This document shows, in pieces, positions 1 to 11,324 of a DNA stretch of 64,000 nucleotides. The notes below the pieces were generated by a model that ran no database searches, was not told where the DNA came from, and saw nothing but the letters and a program-made list of their open reading frames with translations. The stretch spans positions 62,001 to 126,000 of the forward strand of contig RSEE01000001.1 in assembly GCA_003971905.1 (NCBI GenBank), read 5' to 3'. The DNA comes from Moniliella sp. 'wahieum'. Lineage: Eukaryota. Every line of letters starts with the position of its first letter. The first letter of the stretch is position 1. The translations under genes were made by a program, and so were the position numbers.

Positions 1-68
1 GATGCGGGTGGGAGAACTAGGTAGCCACCAGACAGGACCTCTTCAGTCTGCTAACGTACGAAGTGAAT

Positions 69-540
69 GTGAGTTGTGAGTACTGAGGGTACTGAGGTCT
101 GTCTGAGGCCCCTGAGGGCCTGAGGGCTTGCGGTACTGAGTACCGAGTAAAGATGAACGCGAACGCTGATCCATTACGATGTCGTGCCAACGTCCAACAT
201 GCCAATGCCCCACGACCAACACGCCCAACCCAGACCGAACCATGGATCAAAACACCATCTCCATGCCTTCAAGCTCTTGGTCAATATACGTTCAATGAGT
301 AATGATTAATGAACGTTGAACGTTAAACGTTGAACTTCAACGTTAAGGTTATTGAATCAAGCTTGTTCGTCTTCCAGGTTGTTACTCGGTTGGAACAATC
401 TGGGTAGTGAGTAGTGAGTAGTGACCAGTGAGTACACTGAGTACTGAGTATTGACGAAGTTGAGGTACTAACTAAAAACGACGAGTGTCCTGAGAATCTG
501 ACGCGAGGCGGGTGACCGGTGACCGGTGAACAAGCTTCAA
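69..540. repeat. Cluster of degenerate heptamer/palindrome arrays (CTGAG-type, GAACGTT, GTAGTGA, GGTGACC)
   Basis: Arrays at about 69-147, 311-346, 404-454 and 511-529. Confidence 0.8.
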
Positions 541-1560
541 AAGAAGTGAAGCTAGTGATGTGACGCTGTAGATTCATCATGCATCCTGGGGTATCATGCC
601 ATCGATCTTCGGATCGGTTATCCCCGATTCGTATATTCGGGCAAATGATGATTTGGGACATGTACGTATGGCAGAGTGGACGCGCAGGGTTCAGCCTGAG
701 CTCAGCGCTCAGCAGGGCCCAGCAGCCAGTCACAGGGAGGGCAGGGAGGGTGGTTGGGCAGTACCACCTGCTGCCTGTCCTGCGGAGCAGCAGGAGCGTT
801 GGTCGATAAGCGCAAGCGCTACCATCGTCGTCATCACCGCCAGCAGCATCACCAGCAGCACCCGGCAGTTGTACCACTGGTGTACCTGCGGTACTGCGGT
901 ACCTGCCGCGTGCTGCCCTGTGGGCCAACACACTTGCCTCTCGCAGTCTGTATCGACACCCCTCGTCCCTGCCGGACCCTCAGCGTCTTACTGGTGCGTC
1001 TTCCCACTGCCACGTCTCAGACAGGCGACATCACTCGTTCGCGTTACTCGTCACGCGTCACTAGACTCGTCCTCCTCTCGACATCCCGCATCCCGCGTCA
1101 GATCCCCATCACCGTGATCTTTCAGGCTGCCCAGCCGTCTCATACATCACATACATCACATCCCACAGCCCGAGCGCACAGGCCTGCGCGCCTGCGCACG
1201 CCTGACCAGCTGGCCCGCCTGGCGCTCCGGCCGCCATGGATCTCCTCCAACCGCCTTCTCGGTTCTTCTTGCTTTCTGTCCACCATCCTTCGCCACCCCT
1301 TCGCCCTCTCCACACTCCACCTCCCACCCCCACAGACTGGTGGCTCCAGCAGAACACAGCGGCACCATTATACACCCACCGCTGCCTTTCTCGCTCCCCT
1401 CTGTCTCTCGCCCCGTCAACCCCCTCTTCCCAGCCCACCGTTTGCTGCTTGCCCGTCTACTCCCCTCGTGCCTTCCTTCGCATCGTCTCGTTCCTCCCTG
1501 TCCATCTCGTTCGGTTTCCAGCCCGTTTCCCTGTCTTGTTCTGTCGCCCCTTTTTACACT

Positions 1561-3897
1561 ATGGTGCTTTTCGCTCAAGCCACGCCTCCCGTCTCGCACG
1601 GGACTTCGCCCTCTCCGGACACGCTGGGCGAAGTCAAGGCTACTCCCGCACCCAAAGCCTCCATTCGCACGCCTTCGACCTCTCACAGGGCCAACACCGC
1701 CAGTCAACGCAAGCGCTCGTCCGTCGGTGCCGCGCCAGCTTCCGCTTCTACTAACAGTCATGTGCCGTCTTCGCCTTGCGAACAGAAGGAAGAGGGCAAT
1801 ACGGCTTCGATGGCTTGCACTTTTTGCCGTCAACGGTACGTCGTTCTCTCCCTTTTTGCTTCTCTCTCTCATCCTAACCCCCGTGCTTGATTCCTCCATC
1901 CCGTCGGCCCACCAGCAAAATCAAATGCAACAACGCCAAGCCCGAATGCAGTGCGTGCGTCAGCTATGGCCGCAAATGTGTCTACCAGGCCGTCACAGCC
2001 GAGGCCAATGCAGCGCTGCGCTTGGCCAAGCGCACTCGCCGCGCACGCCTCGTTGCCTCCCTCATCCTTTCGGCGCCCTCACTACAGTCCTGTCTGCATA
2101 ATAAAAGAAGGTGGCCAATGTGACGGCTCACGTGCACCAACAGGCCAGTGTATCGCTCACCCAGATGGCCGAATCGATTGCTGGTATGCAGCTCTACTCG
2201 TCTGAGCCGGGCCAATCGCCAGTCCACCTGCACACCGTCCGTTCACCGGAAGACGGCGTGGTGACACGTGCCTCTACACCCGTCAACTTGGACGAGCTCT
2301 TGGCTGTCGATTCCCACGTCCAGCCCGCAGGCCGTGGGGAGTTCACCTCCCTACATCCGCTCTACGCCCTCTCGGGCGAAGGAGCTGCTACGGTACCATT
2401 GGAGCCGCCGACGAACCAACGTCCTGTGCCTGTACCCGTCCCCGTTCCTGGTGTTCCCCTGGTCGCTGGACCCGGTGGGATGGCGATGGAGGGGAAAGTG
2501 GTTCCGCCCAACGACCTGCTGAGCCTGACGGGGTACCTTCCTTCTGCGCCTCTCTGGCCTGGCCCCTTGTCCAACGGTACCCCATTTCTGTCTCCGCTCG
2601 ACTCGGGTTCATGGTAGCATCAGCTCTGCCATCTCCTCCGTTGTGCCCTCACGGCCCGAGACACCGCACGCGATGCCGTTTGGATCATTGCCATCACCAT
2701 CAGGTGAATCGCCACTGACGACAATGTTTACCCCGCCCACATCGACACTCTGTGGAACGTACTGGCCCTCTTCCTCTCCCTCCGAAGGGTGGTGGGGCGG
2801 TAGGCGCCGCCAGTGGGCCCCCGTGCCCGTCGCAGCCCTTGGCTTCTTCCCTTGCTGCCGGCCCCGCATCCACGTTCTGCAACCCCAACAATGTGTGGCG
2901 CCACGACCGGACATGGGTGGCAGGCAACGTGGGTATGGGGCCGCTGCCCGCGCCTGCTACATCGTCGAACGTTGGCGCCCACGCGTCCTCGCGGCAGGGT
3001 ACACAAGCGCCAGTGCCGCAGCTCCGTCCGTGTATCGAATTGGGTCTGTCGCTGATGCCCGAGCCAAAGGAGATGCCGAGTGCGCCGGTGCAGCGCCAAT
3101 TGGGATGGCAAGCTTCTGCACAGTCCATGGCTACCAACGGCGGCCTTGCCAGCCCAGCTGCAGTGACCGATCCCGTCGCCCTGGGTAGCTCGAGGGAGAG
3201 GATGGATTGGTCCTTGGCTCCACCCCTTTCACCTTCCCTCTCACCCTGGCCAGCCGAGGCAGGACAATTCGATGCGCCCAACTGCACGCGGCGGGAACAG
3301 CGGCGACCCGTGATTGTCAATCCTCGCATGGTCCATGTGATCGAAGCGATGAAACAGAGCCCGGCACAAGTGAGTGCGCTGGCGCGACGGCGCCAAGCCC
3401 ACGCCCAAGCCCAACAACCTCCGCTACAGCAACTCCAGCCCACGGCAATGTCCGGGCTGGACTCCCTGGTCACAGGTCCGGTGTGGACCAAAGAGTCGAT
3501 GGAGAAGGAGGGCGCGACGTGCTTCTCCCCTGTGCAGGACAGTGGGCTGGCTGCTGGATCGGCGACGGCAGAGGCGATACCCGGATTGGAATGGGACGAG
3601 TTGCTCTCCAGTTCGAACGCGTCGCAGTGGAGCACGCCATGCTTGGATGAACGTGTACTGGCCGGCGGCGTGTCCCCCTTTGCCAGCACACCTACCGCCG
3701 ATCAGTTGCTCACCCCCACCTCACCCGAACGACCGTTGGCTTTGGCGGGCGTTGGGTGTGCCGCGCCCACCACCCTGCTAGGGATGATGGACACGTCTCG
3801 TTTCCCTGCGCACGAGGAGCTGCTAGTTTCCGAGTTTATGGTGGACGACGCGTTTGGTCTATCGACTGGAGACCAAGCCATGCCGACGGTCGTCTGA
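1561..3897 (+). CDS. Zn(II)2Cys6 binuclear cluster transcription factor
   Basis: ACTFCRQR|KIKCNNAKPECSACVSYGRKCVY joined in frame across intron 1836-1915 (GTACGT...CCTAAC...CAG). Downstream low-complexity ORF pieces 2111-2617 and 2752-3897 are assumed to be linked by indels. Confidence 0.85.
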
Positions 3898-6796
3898 GCC
3901 ATCGTAACCCACTCATTTGTCGGCGAGGAGGTGGATGGGGTCTGGTTGACCTAAGCGTCGTCGATGGAGGCCTTGCTCAAAAGCCCATTCTAGGCCCGCA
4001 CAACCGTCATCTTTGCCATCGGAACATTCCTTGTGCCTCTGCTCTCGTTGCACTTTACTCTGATCATTTCTCCGTCGCTGTTTATCTATGTTGCCTCCTA
4101 TAACTTTATGCCTTTCGCATTTCAGCAACCTGTGCAACGTTTCTTTGCCTCCTTACTCTCATTCTTCTGCCTTCATCGTCGTTCCCACCCCGGTTGAGCA
4201 CAGGCAAATGGGGGGTATTCGAAACACGCGCTGTCTCTTGATGGGTCCCCACCTTTGCCCTTGCTGCTTTGTTACTCCGCCTCCCTATATCTGGAAACCC
4301 AAGTTACTGTCCATGCTCCACACACACATGGCCCACGTTGCACCTCTCCCTTTGTACTCTGGAAGAACCGATCCTGTCCTGCAACCCGCCAGGCGTGCCG
4401 GCACGGGCGACTTGGGTTACGACTCCCAGTTTACTTTGTGGTGGAACGCTCATCCCCTCCGGTTCGCATCGTTACTACTATGTATTCCCTTGCCTCCTCT
4501 CGCGTTCACGACCCCCAGTGTGCTGTCTTATAGGTTCTTATTGTATTGCGCGCTATCTGTGTTAATTTTCTTATTGTTCCAGGAATGATTAATGAGCACT
4601 CGAAGTAGGAATCGAGCAACACAGAACAGCACAGCGTGCATTTCCTTTCTCTCGATCAGCCGTTGGGAGGTTCCATTGTTGACCCACCTCAGGAGACTCG
4701 CGAAAAGTGTGCTCTCTCCGGGCGTGTTGTTCTTTAGCGACACCTATAGTTTACTTGTGAGATACAGAGGAAGAAAATGTGCAGGTCACGTATACTTGTG
4801 CGCGGCCCAACGTGTCATTGCCCCTGCCTCTTTGATCTTCCAGTAACCCTCCGATGGTAGTAGCAACCCCCCCCGACCATTGGCCTCCGGGATCCTAGGT
4901 TTCAGAACGAGGGGAACCTTTCACACGCACCAAAACTGGCACTGATAGTCCTGATGCAATGACAGGATGATGATGAAATTGTTGCCGGCATAGAGCCCAT
5001 CACCATGAAATGCCCGGCGGGAAGCTAAGAAGCTAACACAGGGTCTATACCAGAGCGTAATGCTGGTCGCCACGGAGGGGGAGGTGCCAACAAAATGAGG
5101 GCGCCTCGAAAACATGAAAAACGTCGAGCGGGAGTGGCACTTTTTGGAACAGCCGCTACTAAATGACTGAGGCTGGCGCCCAGATCGATACTGACGTTTT
5201 TTCGCGTGCATCATATGGACAACTCTGCGGGGTGAGATCGGTGAGGTATGAGAGATTCTCGTCATGCATTATGCACAAGAGTTTGTTCGGGTGACGGTGA
5301 CCGGGGAGTACCTCCTTGCACCTTTGAGCCGTGTCCTGGCCAAGCCCGTTCCTCCAGCGAAACGTGTGTGATCCAACTGGAGACGTGTTCCATATATTAG
5401 GATACCCCCCTATGGCCGTGTTGATCGGTGATCGTGTTTCCCTCGGCCTCAGTCCTAATAGTACTAGTTAATAGGTAATTGAACCGAAGACGTGGATCGA
5501 TGACATGGATGACACCTATTACCCGTATACTTCTATCATCTTTAGTCACTAGTCCCTTCCGACTCTTCTATATACAGAGACAATTATCGATTATCGATTA
5601 AATAGTACACACTAATAGGTGCTAGAGTGCAACTTGGGAGCACTCGCGATCCTATGGATCAGCTGCGAAGCAGCCTTCAGACAAGGCGTGAAGGCAAAGT
5701 GGTGAGCCACAAGTCTTCAAGCAACGTCTGAAGGGAAGGAGAAAGGAGAGAGAGAAGGGAGATGGGCGAGAGGGCGTGCGCGGCCTGCGAGCGGAACGCT
5801 TCCGCTCGGCTAGGCGAGCGTCACCGATCCATTGAGGGCCGCGCAGGAGAACCCTAGCAGTACCCTCTAACAATAGGACCCAACGTTTTTTAGACCCGGA
5901 TGAGATCCGGTGAGAAAACAGACGCCTTTCCCTTTTAGAGCTTGTGTGGTGGTGAGTACGGTGAGCGCTGGTTATCCATCTCCCACACAGGAGATGGAAG
6001 CGACGGAAACAATGCTACACAGTCGCTGCGGATCGATGAGTGCCACGGATGAGTTGATGGCTTTCCACAGGTTTTGTTGCGAAGAATCATTAGTCATCGG
6101 AGGTGTTGAGGAACTGAAGACCCTGGACTGAGGATACTGAGTACTGATGGGAGTCGAATGTCGATCGAGAGATGAGAAGGACTGGAAAATATGAGACCTA
6201 TTGTGGCGGGAACAGTACCGTAATGAGAGAGTTTCCCATCACAGTAATGAAAAAGTACATGGATCGGCCGTAGAGCCCCCCCCCCTAACCCAGCTTCTGA
6301 TCCCCGTATTGAAAGCGCCCCCCCCGGGCCGCATTTTGGTCACATAACGCAACTACGCTTCCGGTGGCCTCGTTACGCGTCATTGACGGACGGATCAAAG
6401 GCCATGGCGCGCATGATCCATGATGTCATGCTTGAAATGCATTTTATGGCCGATCCCTGGTCCACTTGTAATGATCCTGGTGACCCAGCGACGTCCTAAG
6501 TGCAGTTATGCAATGGCAGAGAGAAGAAGGAGCTGGGTTGAACCCAGACTGAGGATCAGAAGAAGAAGAGAAGAAGGAGAAGAAAGGAGAGCGGCACTAG
6601 GCCAGGGGATAGGATACTGGTGTGGTGCCCGGATGAGAAGATGGTCAGGAGGCGCGGAGGTGGCTGGCCCATAGGACCCTGGTCAACAACTTGTTGTCTC
6701 GTTATCGCGCTTGCGGGTTCTTACTCGGCATACCATATTGGAGCAATCGTTGAGACGCCTGGTCTCTAGCAAGACCAATAAGCAAGTCTTGTTGGT

Positions 6797-8584
6797 TTAA
6801 GTATCAAGTACAACGAAAGAGGGGCGGGGAAGAGGAGAGAGGTTGCCAGGTGGTGGGACAAGAGGGCATGCAGAGCAAACAGAGTCAAATGTGTGGCTTG
6901 GGTGTTGGCAGTGTGTTGGCCTGGCCACGTGCATCATCCCTTGCCACTTGGTCACCAAAGAGGGCGCGCAAGTCTTTTCGCGTCCGGCTACCCGACGGCC
7001 CGAGGCCATGGCGGCACGGATGCGCGCTTCGGGCGAGTCCGCCTGGACCACCGAGCCATCTGACGCGGTTTTGGGGAAGGAGGAGAGGGCCGGGTACAAG
7101 TCCAGTGAGGCGGGTCCCGGCGCGCCCACAACGGAAAGCAATGGACGAGACGCATCATTGACCGCCTGGATGGACGAAAGACCAGAAGCGTCGGGCTCCA
7201 GCACGTAGATTTCCCCATGCTGCACCAGTTGGATGGCCAGCGCATCTTTTCCTGCCCACTCTGTACGGTGGGAAGGGGCCACCCGCGTATCGAGTGATAC
7301 ATATAACCGTCTCCCCTACCACAGCGGCATGAAGGATGGGCAGACCAAGGTCGAGGGTGGTCATCTCGTTGCCGCCTCTGGCGAGGGTATCGAGGGAGAA
7401 GATGTGCAAGGCGGAACTGGCCTCGAGACGAAGGAGTAGTGGGAGGCTTCTGCTGATCCAAGGACAGGCAGCAGGGCCAGCTGAACAATGGCCAAATGGG
7501 GCGTGCCCTGGAGAGTATTGGCTTCGCCAGGGGGCGGAAGCTGTCCTTCCTTGCCAGAGGTGGTAAGCGCAGTAACCGCCTTGCAGGCGCAGGAAGTACA
7601 TCCGTACGAACGTACTTGGCAACCAAAGCAGAATCTAACTCGACGGTGGCGAGAATTCATGGGAAGCTGCTGGGGGTGCAGGGGAAGAAGCGGGGTAGGT
7701 GGGTAGGTAGTCGCTCAGGCGAAGCGTTGTTTCCCCCATCGGCTGAGAGGAGCGCCGACCGGCGTGTCCCTTTTAAACGGGAAGGGGACCACCAGCAGCG
7801 CGCCAATGAAGGAAGAAATGCCCAACACGTAATATACTATCGACCCAGATCGCTTGGGCCCCCAACGCGAGATACGATATGCTCGTCTCGATCGGCTGTG
7901 AGGAGTGGGGGATCGAGCCGGTATATGAGGACGATACAGGTAATGGGGCAAATACGGCATCGGTAAGCATCCCCACATGTCCAACACGCGGAGAAAGAGG
8001 ATCAGAAGGGTCAAAGAAGCCCATGTCGGCTGTATCGGCGTCGAAGGTTTGAGGGAGGGGAACCGGGAAACCATCCTTAGGAAGGGGAGGGACCGAAACG
8101 TCCCCATGCCGGTCGCCGACTAGGAGGTGAAGCGCCCTTTGGATGCAGCAGGTTCCCAGAGAAAGACAGCGGCCCTTTTGGGGAGTTGGACTGAGATGAC
8201 TTCCGAGCCATAGGCAAGCAGAGACGTTTCCGCCAATTGGACGAAGGCGCGGTCAACAGGCAGGTGCCAGACTCGAAGAGTCTTGTCGTCTCCTGCTATC
8301 GCAAGCGCCGAGGCATCCGGAGAGAACGATGCGATTCTAGGAAAGGCCAGATGCACAGACTGGGACGCGTCTGCTTGCTTATCCTGCGGATGGAAGCTGG
8401 TGCAGTGTAGAGGGGCGAGCAAGGCAAGTAGCCGACTTGTACCGCTTCTCCCGAACCACACTTGGGAGGGCTCAGAGAGCGACTGAAGTAGCTGTGAGCA
8501 GAGCGAGGAACTGGTAGGTGGCTCCGGGCACACCAACGACCTCGCTGGCTGCAACAAAGTGGACGGGGAGACGGTCGAGGCCAT
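6797..8584 (-). CDS. TRM82: WD40 subunit of tRNA m7G46 methyltransferase (Trm82/WDR4)
   Basis: ASFSPDASALAIAGDDKTLRVW, LPKRA, GDRHGDV, GHVGMLTD and RISRWG motifs across frameshifted pieces; 3' end approximate. Confidence 0.8.
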
Positions 8585-8878
8585 GCCTGATGGAGGGAAG
8601 GATGGACAGATGGACAGCGAGGCAGGTGAAGAAGCAGGGTAAAGTAGGCCAAGGTGGACCTGGCTGGCCTCGTATAGGCCCCATAGAAATGTGGGGTTCC
8701 GCAATCAGAAATTTGCGATTCCGCTATGGCTCAGTAGGCAGCTGGTTGGAAAAAAATGTTTCAGCGTTTTATTAGCTTTAATTTCCTCTCGGCTCGCCCT
8801 GCCTTGCTCTTCCTTTTGCTCTGCTCTGCTCTGCTCTCTACGCTCTGCTCGGCACCCTTGTGCTCACCCACCTCGACT

Positions 8879-10497
8879 ATGCCCCCCAAGCGCAGAAGCA
8901 GTGCTCCCAAAGCTGCCCCCAAAGCTGCCCCCAAAGCTGCCCCCAAAGCTGCCCCCAAAGCTGCCCCCAAAGCCACCGAGACTGTGGAACAGACCATCCC
9001 TGCGGCTCCATCCCCTTCTCTTCCCAATGGCGAGGCCAAGTCCAACTCCCCAAGGATTGTGCCCTTGCAGCCGGTACGTCCTGTCCCTCCTGCGGCCAAC
9101 CATAGCCAGTCTATTGACGCTTCCATCTAGCCCCCACTTCCTCTAGCTTCTGTTCCGGCAGTAAATGAGCCCAAGGCACTGCCCCTGCTTTCGACTAGCT
9201 TTTCCTCTCTGGTTGCCTTGATCCCGCCGCGGTACTATTTGGTCCGAGAGGAGGATGAGGATCTTTTTGCTGGCCTGGGTCAAGTCTCTTCGCGTTTCCA
9301 CAAGAATGTACGTTCCGGCACGACCAACAAGAAGAGGCGGCCAAAGCGGCTCGGATCGCCAAGCTGAATCCTGCAAACCACAAATCGGTGGAGGAGGTGG
9401 CTCTGGCACGGGCGCAAGGAGAAGATGATACTTTGGAGTATGAGTACGAGGATGAGGAGGACAGCGATAACGAGTCCCTCCCTTTGCTGTGGACGATGAC
9501 GACGAGTCGGGCATGGAGGACGCAAGTGGACGCAAGCGCAAGCGCTCGTCCGAAGAGGAGGAGGAGGACACGCCGGCAAAAGGACTGGCCACTTCGATTG
9601 AAGATCTGCATTCGTCTGCAGGATCGGGTGGTGGCGTTACGGAAAAAGCGTGGTGTGGATGAGACCAAGATCGAGCCGGAGGAAGTACTGGCTGAACGCA
9701 AGCGGAGGGGTGAGATGCGGGACCGCAGGCGAAGGGAGCGAAAGGAAGCACGGCGGGCTGCCGCTGCCGCGGCCTCGGCCTCGGCCCCAACCTCGACGCC
9801 CACTTTTAAAAAGCCGACAGACTCGCTTATGCATGCCAGCAAGTCTGAAGGTGGTGGGAGGAACACGGCTCCTGCGCTGTTGGTGTCTGCGCCCAAGTCG
9901 ACGGTTTCTCAGGCCAAAGAGGCGGCGGCCAAGAAAGCTCGTAAGGCGTATGAGATTGACACCTCGGCGACGGATGTGCAGTTTGGAGGGGAAGTGGATG
10001 AGCGGGTGGCCAAGTTGGCCCAGAGCCATACTCTTCCGCGGGACCCCAAGACGGCATTGGCCATGCTCCAGGCGCGCAAGGCCAAGGCTGAGCGTATGGC
10101 GGAGAAGAAGCGGGCCAAGCACGGGGACCAGGCACAACAAGCTTCTCCTTCCGACGCAGCTTGGGATAAGGCGACCGCGGCGGCGGGCGTGCGCGTCCGG
10201 GACAATGAGGCGATGCTTCAACAGGCGGCGGCGAGGAAGGATCGGGCAAAGGCCAAAGGAAAGGCGGCGTGGGCGGAGCGCACCCAGTCCATGAAGGACT
10301 CTCAGGCGGCGCGCCAAGCCAAGCGGGAAGAGAACATTGCTCTGCGGCAAAAGTCGAAGAAGAGCCACAAGCCCCACCCGAAGGACACCCGCAAGACCTC
10401 TTCATCCTCCCGTCCTGGACTTGCTGGTAAGGCCAAGCCTGCTCGTGGGGGAATGCAGAGCAAGGCCCGGGGCAAGGGCAAGGCGGGGCGCAAGTAA
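8879..10497 (+). CDS. RRP14: SURF6/Rrp14 nucleolar ribosome biogenesis protein
   Basis: N-terminal LVALIPPRYY-like and AKLNP segments; basic C-terminal SURF6-like region AWDKATAAAGVRVRDNEAML...AWAER...KREENIALR...RPG; probable intron about 9074-9146. Confidence 0.8.
8906..8974 (+). repeat. 12-bp coding tandem repeat (CCCAAAGCTGCC)x5+ encoding PKAA
   Basis: Read directly from the sequence. Confidence 0.95.
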
Positions 10498-11140
10498 ACC
10501 TGGCCTGATCTTGGGGCGCGGCGCTTGCCGCCCAATCCATTCACCGCCGCAACCTGCTTTTGTCTTTCGCAGAGGTTGGCGGTATGTGTTCTGCGCGTTG
10601 GAGTGTATTTCAGCTGGATCCAGGCGCACCCGAGAAGGACCCCCACATGGTTGACGACAACCCGTGCATGATGTTCGGTCCAGAGGCCTGGGCTCCTTTG
10701 TATCCTTTTTCTGCCTGTTGGGGAGGACTACTACACCTACTCTATTGTACTGCTTTTCTGTTCACGCCCCACCATCGGCACCCAATGTATGGGTAGAATG
10801 TACAACCTTTGTGAGCCGGCATGTTTTAACAGCAGCAAGGCCATATCTTGGCTGGCAGGCTCACCCATATTTGCTGTGTAAATAGTACTGGCGCCGCCAT
10901 CTCCGCCGAGCCGGTCTTCTAATGCAAGTGGCCGATGTGTGATGGTGTCCCTTGTCGCGGGTCTGGACCGACCGCCTGTGACCCTTATGGATTATCTCGA
11001 GAATCTTCGAGTCCTCAAAGAGCGAACTCGTCCAAACACGGCCTGATGGCCGGAGTACCTCGGTCGATATAACAACGCAATTAAAAAACGCGGTAGCTGT
11101 AAGTGCGTTAGGCATTGCGCCTGAAAATATGCCTCCTGGC

Positions 11141-11167
11141 CACGTGTCACGTGATGTGCACCACGTG
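11141..11167. promoter_or_regulatory. Three CACGTG E-boxes upstream of MRP51
   Basis: CACGTG at 11141, 11148 and 11162, about 160-185 bp upstream of the ATG; function inferred. Confidence 0.5.
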
Positions 11168-11324
11168 ACTGGCCATGCGAAGGACTGGGCAGGTTCCAAG
11201 CTGCTTACCTCAGCCAGTCCGGCCGCCAATCCTTCGCCGGGGGAACCCACAGCTTCCCGCTCGGCCCCAGCCCACCTGCCCACCAGCCCCACCGCGCCGT
11301 CTTGCTTGGATTGGCTTGAGGACG

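Noticed and set aside
3900..6790. tRNA, snRNA or rRNA genes in the long spacers
   Set aside because: No recognisable conserved motifs by eye; a covariance-model search was not possible, so small RNAs are not excluded.
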